A stretch of DNA of 64,000 nt. It comes from an uncultured Bacteroidota bacterium (lineage in GTDB: Bacteria; Bacteroidota; Ignavibacteria; UBA10030; UBA6906). The stretch lies in NCBI GenBank assembly GCA_963714855.1, contig CAVQPT010000009.1:31438-95437 (forward strand), written 5' to 3'. The notes under the pieces were generated by a model. That model was not told where the DNA came from. It saw nothing but the letters and a program-made list of their open reading frames with translations, and ran no database searches. Numbering within the stretch: position 1 is the first letter of the stretch; each line of letters starts with the position of its first letter. Positions 57,191 through 64,000 of this stretch are shown here, piece after piece. The position numbers were made by a program, and so were the translations under genes.

Positions 57191-57553
57191 ATGCCCCACC
57201 TGATTCCCCGTCCGACCGTTATCAAGGCTGCAGGAAACAAGCCGAAGATCATTGAAGAGTTTTTCGGCCGCGTCAACTCTGGCGACACCTCGCTCAGCAT
57301 TGCCCACATGGTAAGCCCCGGAGGCTGGGTGGAGCCCGGGCAGGAACCGGAGTTCGATGAGTACACCGTCGTCCTCCGTGGGATGCTCCGTGTCACGCAC
57401 CGGGCTGGCGTCATCGATGTCAGAGCAGGCCAGGCGGTTCTGACCCGCGGGGGGGAATGGATCCAATATGCGTCGCCCGACGATGAGGGCGCAGAGTACA
57501 TTGCAGTGTGTCTTCCCGCATTTTCTCCGGAGGCGGTCCATCGGGATCCGTAG
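57191..57553 (+). CDS. cupin domain protein
   Basis: 120 aa, cupin-like beta-barrel motifs. Confidence 0.55.
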   Translation: MPHLIPRPTVIKAAGNKPKIIEEFFGRVNSGDTSLSIAHMVSPGGWVEPGQEPEFDEYTVVLRGMLRVTHRAGVIDVRAGQAVLTRGGEWIQYASPDDEGAEYIAVCLPAFSPEAVHRDP

Positions 57554-57609
57554 TCTCCGCTCCGGCTCGGCCCCTTGCACTCCTGTCCGTTTCTGGTGAT
57601 ATTCCGTGT

Positions 57610-60138
57610 ATGCCGCACTACGCAGAAGTCGCCATCCCCGCCGGTGTCGACAAAACATTCACCTATCTCGTCCCTGAAACGCTTCTCAAGACCGCTCGTG
57701 CGGGAACACGCGTGCTCGTTCCGTTCGGAAGGAAGCTCACCACGGGGATGATCGTTGCACGCCCCGCGTCCTCCAACCACCCCCGGTTGAAATCCCTCGC
57801 CGATGTTCTGGACAGTGAGCCCGTGTTGCCGGCCGATCTGCTTGCGCTCTGCTCATGGGTCGCGCAGTACTACATGGCCCCTCTTGGGGAAGTGCTCCGC
57901 ACCGCTCTTCCGCACGGATTCGGCCAGACCAGCAGAAGAAAGGTTCACGCCCTCGTGTCGCCGGACGATCCTGATGCCGCCCAGCTCCGCACGCGGGCAC
58001 CGAAGCGCGCGCGGATCCTGGAGTATCTTGCGCGTCATGGTGACTCCCTCGCCCCGGAATTGCAGAAGGCGGCCGGACTGAAGTCCATCCATGCTGTGTT
58101 GAACGAAATGGAACAGGCGGGACTCCTTCTGACGCAAGAAGTGCTCCCGCGGTCCAAAGTCAACATCAAAACCCGCGATGTGCTGGATGTCCGGGCAACT
58201 GATACCGCTGCGCTTCAATCAACGGTGGATTCCCTCTCGCCACGGAAGAAACGCCTGCATCAGTTTCTTTCGTCCATTCTCTGGTTGAAGGACCAGGGAG
58301 TTCTGGAGACCGATCTCCTGGAGTTGATGAAACGGTCACAGGCATCAACGTCAATGGTCAACCCGTTGCGCGACAGTGGCGTGCTGGTTGTCCAGCGGCG
58401 TGAAATGACACGCCAGCAGGAATTCGGGGTGGAGGAACAGACACTCCACATTGCATTGAATGCCGCACAGGTAAAGGTTCGCAACCGGCTTGTCGAGGCA
58501 ATGGATGCAGGTGAACATCGAACGTTTCTGGTGCACGGAGTGACAGGTAGCGGAAAAACCCAGGTCTATATTGAAACCATCCGGCACTGCCTTGATGCAG
58601 GGAAAACGGCCATCGTTCTGGTCCCGGAGATCTCCCTTACGCCACAGATCGTCCGGCGCTTCAAGAGCCACTTTGGCGACAGTGTGCTGGTTGTGCACAG
58701 CAGAATGTCCCCCGGCGAGCGGTACGACGTGTGGCGTCTTTCTCTCGCCGGCAGCTGCAAGGTCGTCATAGGGCCTCGTTCAGCCGTCTTCGCTCCTCTT
58801 CCGCATCTCGGCCTGATCGTCGTCGATGAGGAGCACGAAGCATCGTACAAGCAGTATGATGCGGTCCCGCGGTATCATGCACGGGACGTCGCCATCATGC
58901 GCGGACACAACGCATCCGCCGTCGTCGTCCTTGGATCGGCGACACCGTCCGTGGAATCGTTTGCCAATACTCAATCGGGAAAATTTGAACTGCTCGAGAT
59001 GCCGGAGCGCATTGACGATGCGGTTCTTCCTGACGTGCGGATCGTCGACATGACGGTGGAACGAAAGGAGGCGTACGCTGCAGCACGCGCGGCGCTGCCT
59101 GACGATCAGCGCGGACGTATGAAGGAGTTCCGTCACACGTCGCTCTCCCGTGTGCTGCGGAGAAAGATCACCGAACGACTCGAACGCCGCGAGGGCATTA
59201 TCCTGCTTCAGAACCGGCGCGGCTTTGCGCCGTTTGTCGAATGCGAAGAATGCGGCACCGTTGAGATGTGTGAGAACTGTCACGTTTCCATGACCTACCA
59301 TCTCAGCAAGAAGCACCTTCGCTGTCACTACTGCGGGCACGTGCGCAAGCCTGCAATCCTTTGCCCCGCCTGCGGAGGATCGGACATCCGGTTGCATGGC
59401 GTGGGGACCCAACGCGTGGAGGAGGAACTGGCGGTCGCCTTCCCTGATGCAAGAGTCCTGCGCATGGACCTCGATACCACAACGGGGCGGGGAGCCCACG
59501 ACCGGATTCTCCGGCGTTTCGGCGACAAGGAAGTCGACATCCTCCTCGGAACCCAGATGGTGGCAAAGGGCCTGGATTTTCCCCATGTGACGCTCGTGGG
59601 CGTCATCAGCGCCGATACACAGATGCTCCTTCCCGATTTCCGCTCGTCCGAACGTACGTTTCAGCTGCTCACGCAGGTCGCCGGACGGGCGGGGCGGAGT
59701 ACCCTCCAGGGGGAAGTAATCGTCCAGACCTCTCAACCCGGCCATCGTACGCTTGTCCATATTCAGAAGCATGACTTTGGAGGTTTCTTCCGGGAGGAAA
59801 TCGCGGAGCGGGAAGAACTCCAGTATCCTCCGTTTTCCCGCCTGGTCCTCATCGAGACCCGCGGAGAGGACGAGGATCAGGTCCGGACTCTCGCCGAACG
59901 CCTGGGTGCCGCGTTGAAACAGGAAGGACCACCATTGCTCCTGCTCGGGCCAGCTCCGGCAGTGATAGGGAAAATCAACAGGCAATTCCGCTGGCATATC
60001 GTCCTGAAAGCACCCCGTGGGACCGATCCTTCAGGGGCGCTCACCCACTCGCGTATCCGGCGCGTGCTCGACCATGTCCCGGTGCGCGGAAAGACCGTTC
60101 AGATCATCGTTGATATCGACCCCGTCGGCGTGCTGTAA
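57610..60138 (+). CDS. priA: primosomal protein N' (replication restart helicase)
   Basis: MPHYAEVAIPAGVDKTFTYLVPE..., DEEH box helicase motifs, Cys-rich zinc-binding region CEECGTVEMCENC...CHYCGH...CPACG; track ORF starts upstream at 57508. Confidence 0.9.
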   Translation: MPHYAEVAIPAGVDKTFTYLVPETLLKTARAGTRVLVPFGRKLTTGMIVARPASSNHPRLKSLADVLDSEPVLPADLLALCSWVAQYYMAPLGEVLRTALPHGFGQTSRRKVHALVSPDDPDAAQLRTRAPKRARILEYLARHGDSLAPELQKAAGLKSIHAVLNEMEQAGLLLTQEVLPRSKVNIKTRDVLDVRATDTAALQSTVDSLSPRKKRLHQFLSSILWLKDQGVLETDLLELMKRSQASTSMVNPLRDSGVLVVQRREMTRQQEFGVEEQTLHIALNAAQVKVRNRLVEAMDAGEHRTFLVHGVTGSGKTQVYIETIRHCLDAGKTAIVLVPEISLTPQIVRRFKSHFGDSVLVVHSRMSPGERYDVWRLSLAGSCKVVIGPRSAVFAPLPHLGLIVVDEEHEASYKQYDAVPRYHARDVAIMRGHNASAVVVLGSATPSVESFANTQSGKFELLEMPERIDDAVLPDVRIVDMTVERKEAYAAARAALPDDQRGRMKEFRHTSLSRVLRRKITERLERREGIILLQNRRGFAPFVECEECGTVEMCENCHVSMTYHLSKKHLRCHYCGHVRKPAILCPACGGSDIRLHGVGTQRVEEELAVAFPDARVLRMDLDTTTGRGAHDRILRRFGDKEVDILLGTQMVAKGLDFPHVTLVGVISADTQMLLPDFRSSERTFQLLTQVAGRAGRSTLQGEVIVQTSQPGHRTLVHIQKHDFGGFFREEIAEREELQYPPFSRLVLIETRGEDEDQVRTLAERLGAALKQEGPPLLLLGPAPAVIGKINRQFRWHIVLKAPRGTDPSGALTHSRIRRVLDHVPVRGKTVQIIVDIDPVGVL

Positions 60139-60229
60139 TTGAGCCCGGTGCTGCTACGGGAAGGAACCACGGCGCCGTTCCTGACGTTCTGTAGAGAGCA
60201 AGGAACTGTCATCAAGAGGAGGAATCAGT

Positions 60230-60853
60230 ATGGTGGATCGTATCACGTCGTTGATTCGGGTGACTTTTGTTCTACTGCTGGTAGGCGGCATACCGGCAAT
60301 CGCAGGGTCTCCGCTTCCCCCGACAGCCGAGGTGGGAAAGGCAGCTCCGGCATTCTCTCTGACTGATATGGCCGGCACAGCGCATCAGCTTTCCGATTTC
60401 AAGGGCAAAATTGTCGTGCTCGAATGGACAAATCCCAATTGTCCGTTTGTCAACCGCGTGTACAGCACGGGGATCATGAGCTCGTTGCAGAAAGAGCATG
60501 TCGGCAAAGGCGTTGTCTGGCTGGCGATCAACTCCACGAGCGAGGACCACGGTGATTTTGAGACAGCCGCGTCGCTCGCAAAGATATACACCGAGTGGGG
60601 GGCCGGCTTCAGCGGGCTCCTGATGGACGCCGACGGCACGGTCGGACGGCTGTACGAGGCCAAGACCACTCCGCATATGTACATCATCGACGCCAAGGGG
60701 ATGCTGGTGTATGCCGGGGGTCTCGATGACGATCCGCGCGGGAACAAGAGCGAGAAGACCAATTATGTGCGCGATGCGCTGGATAACCTCATGGCGGGTA
60801 CGGCCGTTATGACATCAACCACCAGGCCGTATGGCTGCAGCGTGAAGTACTAG
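60230..60853 (+). CDS. thioredoxin-like/redoxin family protein (secreted)
   Basis: 207 aa; signal peptide; ...VVLEWTNPNCPFV... thioredoxin-fold motif. Confidence 0.7.
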   Translation: MVDRITSLIRVTFVLLLVGGIPAIAGSPLPPTAEVGKAAPAFSLTDMAGTAHQLSDFKGKIVVLEWTNPNCPFVNRVYSTGIMSSLQKEHVGKGVVWLAINSTSEDHGDFETAASLAKIYTEWGAGFSGLLMDADGTVGRLYEAKTTPHMYIIDAKGMLVYAGGLDDDPRGNKSEKTNYVRDALDNLMAGTAVMTSTTRPYGCSVKY

Positions 60854-61042
60854 ACGCCTCGGGCATCATGCAACGCTGAAGAACTACAGCAGCACCATTT
60901 GTACACCGGGCGCAGAGGACGGGTCACCGTTCTTTGCGCCCGTTTGTTTTCAGGAGGACGTCGGCGTCTACCTGTTCAATGGCAGCTGAATCATTGCTTT
61001 TCACCTCGCGCCTGCGCACATTTCTGAACACATGCACGGGGA

Positions 61043-62299
61043 ATGCAGCACATGCAGAGCACCGGAGTTTCAGAGAGCACACTCAACCCGATGGCGGAAG
61101 AATATGTTCGACTGGTACTCGCAGTCGGACATCATGACGCCGATTATGTCGATGCGTACTACGGCCCTGCAGCATGGAAAGCCGAGGTCGAAAAGGAACA
61201 TCTTTCTCTGGATCACATCGCGAAACGCGCCGCGTCGCTACTCCAGGCACTGGAGCGCGCCAAAAGCCCGGCAGCCGACCCTATGCATAATCTGCGGCAC
61301 GACTACCTGATGAGGCAAACGGCTTCTCTGGGCGGTCGGGTGAAGATACTGCTGGGAACGCCCATGAGGTTTGATGAGGAAGCCCGCACACTGTACGACG
61401 TCACACCTCCTTCCTTCCCTGAAGAGCACTTTGACACACTGCTGTCCCGCATCGGAACACTCCTTCCCGGCGATGGAGAGGTGGCCGAACGATACCTGCG
61501 CTTCATTAAAGACTTTATCGTTCCGAGAGACCGTCTCGACGCGGTCTTCTCTACAGCCATCGCCGAAGGCAGAACGCGCACCATGACGTATCTGCCCCTC
61601 CCGGATGGTGAACAGTTCTCAGTAGAGTATGTTACGGGAAAATCCTGGAGCGGATACAATTGGTACAAGGGTGGCGGGAAGAGTCTTATTCAGGTGAATG
61701 TCGATTTCCCCATAACGATCGACCGGGCTGTCGACCTGGCATGCCACGAAGGCTATCCGGGACACCATGTGTACAACAGTCTGCTTGAGCACCACCTCGT
61801 GCAAAGGCGCGGATGGAAGGAATTCAGCGTGTACGCGCTCTTCAGCCCCCAGTCAATGATCGCTGAAGGAACTGCCAACTTCGGGATTGAGATGGCGCTG
61901 CCCGGTGAGGAACGGATTGCGTTCGAACGGAGGACGCTCTTCCCTCTCGCGGGATTGGATGCAGAACGCGCCGGGGAGTACTACAGGGTGCAGACAATGG
62001 TGCAGCAGCTTGCATATGCAGGGAATGAGGCTGCGCGCAGGTATCTTGACGGCGCCATAACCCGGGGGGAAGCCGCCCGCTGGCTGACGCGCTACGCGCT
62101 CATGTCACCCGACCGGGCACTGCAGCGAACGAAGTTTTTTGACACGTACCGGAGTTATGTGATCAACTACAACGTGGGGCAGGATCTCGTACGCCGGTAC
62201 GTCGAAGCGCAGGGAGGTGGCGTAGACAATTCCCTCCGTCGCTGGGAAGTTTTTTCCTCACTCCTTACGTCGCCCCGGGTGCCGTCGGGTCTTACCTAG
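61043..62299 (+). CDS. DUF885-like hypothetical protein (HEGYPGHH motif)
   Basis: 418 aa; ...DLACHEGYPGHHVYNSLLEHH... resembles the DUF885 signature; possible alternative start at MAEEYVRL (61091). Confidence 0.5.
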   Translation: MQHMQSTGVSESTLNPMAEEYVRLVLAVGHHDADYVDAYYGPAAWKAEVEKEHLSLDHIAKRAASLLQALERAKSPAADPMHNLRHDYLMRQTASLGGRVKILLGTPMRFDEEARTLYDVTPPSFPEEHFDTLLSRIGTLLPGDGEVAERYLRFIKDFIVPRDRLDAVFSTAIAEGRTRTMTYLPLPDGEQFSVEYVTGKSWSGYNWYKGGGKSLIQVNVDFPITIDRAVDLACHEGYPGHHVYNSLLEHHLVQRRGWKEFSVYALFSPQSMIAEGTANFGIEMALPGEERIAFERRTLFPLAGLDAERAGEYYRVQTMVQQLAYAGNEAARRYLDGAITRGEAARWLTRYALMSPDRALQRTKFFDTYRSYVINYNVGQDLVRRYVEAQGGGVDNSLRRWEVFSSLLTSPRVPSGLT

Positions 62300-62459
62300 A
62301 GCTGCACTCGTTCTCTGCCCCTGGTCGCTGTGGTGCTGTGGCATGGAGAACCCGTTCCCCTTGTCCGGGAAATCCTCTGTCAACGGACACACGTACGTCA
62401 CAGGAGAAGTACGGGGCTCCGGGCGCAGCAGGCGAATTGATGCCATGCCGGGCCGCACT

Positions 62460-63365
62460 CTATGACGACTTGATGAACGTACCGTTCCGCAATTCCGTGT
62501 AGGCCTGCCGAAGCTCTTCCTGCGTGTTCATGACGATAGGCCCCTGCCAGGCAATTGGCTCCTCGAGAGGGCGGCCGGAAACAAGAAGGAACCGCACCCC
62601 CGCCTCTCCGGCAGTCACCACCACTTCATCTCCGCTGTCGAAGAGCACGAGCGATCTGTTACCGGTCATCTCGATGGCCGAGTTGCCGTCTGCACCGACC
62701 CGGTCAGTACGCACCGGTTGTGGTGTCGACGCATCACGGAAACTCCCCGATCCTTCAAACACATAGGCGAATGCGTGCCGCGTAGTTTCCACCGGCAGGA
62801 CCTTCCGCCGTCCCGGCGGCACCCATACGTCCAGGTAACGGGGATCCGCAGCGACCCCGTCCACCGGTCCACGCTTTCCCCAGAACTCCCCGCAAACAAC
62901 CCGCACCAGCGTTCCATCATCATCGGCAATCTCGGGAATTTCTTTGGAGACGACATCCTGGTACCGGGGTGCTGTCATCTTGAGCGAGGACGGGAGATTT
63001 GCCCAGAGTTGAAAACCGTGCATTCGTCCTTTCGGGTCCCCCTTCGGCATTTCCTGATGGAGGATTCCGCTTCCCGCGGTCATCCACTGCACATCACCTG
63101 CCCCCAGCGTGCCCCTGTTGCCAAGGGAATCGCCGTGGTCGACGGTTCCGGCGAGCACGTAGGTGATCGTTTCGATACCGCGGTGGGGGTGCCATGGGAA
63201 TCCCGCCATGTAGTCTCCGGGATTTTCATTCCTGAAATCGTCGAGGAGCAGGAACGGATCGAACTCGTTGGTTGCCCCGAAGCCGAATGCCCGGCGCAGA
63301 TGGACGCCGGCGCCTTCGAGTGTTGGCTGCGACTCTTCTATACGCTTAATTGCTCGAATGGACAT
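62460..63365 (-). CDS. pirin family protein
   Basis: 301 aa; ...GFPWHPHRGIETITYVL...GDVQWMTAGSGILHQE... cupin/pirin motifs. Confidence 0.9.
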   Translation of the reverse strand: MSIRAIKRIEESQPTLEGAGVHLRRAFGFGATNEFDPFLLLDDFRNENPGDYMAGFPWHPHRGIETITYVLAGTVDHGDSLGNRGTLGAGDVQWMTAGSGILHQEMPKGDPKGRMHGFQLWANLPSSLKMTAPRYQDVVSKEIPEIADDDGTLVRVVCGEFWGKRGPVDGVAADPRYLDVWVPPGRRKVLPVETTRHAFAYVFEGSGSFRDASTPQPVRTDRVGADGNSAIEMTGNRSLVLFDSGDEVVVTAGEAGVRFLLVSGRPLEEPIAWQGPIVMNTQEELRQAYTELRNGTFIKSS

Positions 63366-63424
63366 GAATACGTATTCCTCTGATTCCGGTCAACAAGAAG
63401 TCCCCGCTTCATATGGTAACACAC

Positions 63425-63440
63425 CCGGATTTGTCCGGGG
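63425..63440 (-). terminator. putative intrinsic terminator hairpin downstream of the DUF1579 gene
   Basis: CCCGGA-TTTG-TCCGGG stem-loop followed on the minus strand by TGTGTT. Confidence 0.3.
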
Positions 63441-63483
63441 TTCCGTCGTGTGCAGGGACGTGCGGTATCGTCAATTCCCGCCT

Positions 63484-63996
63484 TCACTTCTTTCGTGTGT
63501 ACACCAGCTCCACAACTTTCGTCACCCCGCCGGGAATCGCCAGATCGTGGATCTCGAAGACGTGTTTTTCCTTGTTCACGACACGCGTGATATACTTCAC
63601 CGGTTTGTCTTTCTCCCCGGTCATTGGCTCATCCATCGTTCCCTCCATCGTGAAGACGGTATTGTCTTCATTGGCCTTCCCCTGCATGGTAAAGATGGCC
63701 GTCGTGGAGTTGTCGATCCAGAACCCGACATACGCTTTTTTGAAGTTGTCGTATCCCGTATAGCCGATCCCCTGGAACGGCATCCCCATCATCTCTCCGG
63801 ACATCTCCTGTTGGAGGAACCTTCCTCCCAGAGCCATGGTCATGGTGGCGCTCCCCTTGGCAACCGTCGGGGGAGCGGTGGGCCCGTTCATCCACGTCCG
63901 TGTTTCAACATCCCATTGGCCGACCATCGCCTCGAGTACCGTGTGCGGGGCGCCCGGAGTCATGGACTCCTGCCATTTTTTCATCATCGCATCCAT
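63484..63996 (-). CDS. DUF1579 domain protein (5' end may extend past the window)
   Basis: 170-aa ORF; the reading frame stays open to the window edge. Confidence 0.6.
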   Translation of the reverse strand: MDAMMKKWQESMTPGAPHTVLEAMVGQWDVETRTWMNGPTAPPTVAKGSATMTMALGGRFLQQEMSGEMMGMPFQGIGYTGYDNFKKAYVGFWIDNSTTAIFTMQGKANEDNTVFTMEGTMDEPMTGEKDKPVKYITRVVNKEKHVFEIHDLAIPGGVTKVVELVYTRKK

Positions 63997-64000
63997 CTCG

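Overview
High-GC (~60-65%) bacterial chromosome segment. The organism is probably an FCB-group-like bacterium: it encodes proteins with T9SS C-terminal sorting domains, a TPR-DUF4292-M23 operon and a DUF1800/DUF1501 pair, and uses sigma70-like TTGACA/TATATT promoters. The first ~10 kb is a degenerate chromosomal integron. On the plus strand (9413-10134) sits a decayed integron-integrase gene (intI, with an in-frame TGA, a frameshift in a C-run, and an internal deletion that removes the catalytic region). It is transcribed divergently from a minus-strand array of gene cassettes. Each cassette is followed by a long (130-170 nt) attC-like imperfect inverted repeat, in two sequence subfamilies, ending in RYYYAAC/GTTRRRY core motifs, and the cassette stop codons are embedded in the ACCTAAC inverse core. 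Cassette cargo, from the intI side outwards: two lipoproteins in one cassette, a MepA-like murein endopeptidase, two membrane proteins, a zinc-type alcohol dehydrogenase with an apparent CTG start, and an inverted brnT/brnA toxin-antitoxin cassette in which brnA is frameshifted. Older GC-ameliorated cassettes with degenerate attC remnants follow: an alpha/beta hydrolase, a VOC/glyoxalase, a frameshifted flavodoxin-like gene, DUF1697 and DUF1059. The cassette block from the ADH to the first cassette (4.2-9.2 kb) is markedly lower in GC than the host. Downstream are ordinary chromosomal genes: a secreted protein, a tRNA-Glu/Arg/Pro cluster followed by a 173-bp tandem repeat that duplicates the 5' end of tRNA-Pro, and the DUF1800/DUF1501 pair (TAT signal plus T9SS CTD). 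Next come truA, ettA, a fused MFS/spermidine-synthase, a cluster of secreted proteins and lipoproteins next to a membrane-anchored CHASE2 sigma54 activator, an M23 peptidase/DUF4292/TPR operon, fbp, two ABC exporters, serS, rfbD, purE, hisA, a heavily frameshifted AAA+/VWA (ChlD-like) pseudogene, LPS core genes (GT9, waaA), a frameshifted larC, an M49 peptidase, an SDR, murB, a HAD hydrolase, priA, a thioredoxin-like protein, a DUF885-like protein, pirin and DUF1579. Note that the ORF track translates GTG/TTG starts as M. My manual coordinates for short motifs may be off by 1-2 nt near homopolymer runs.
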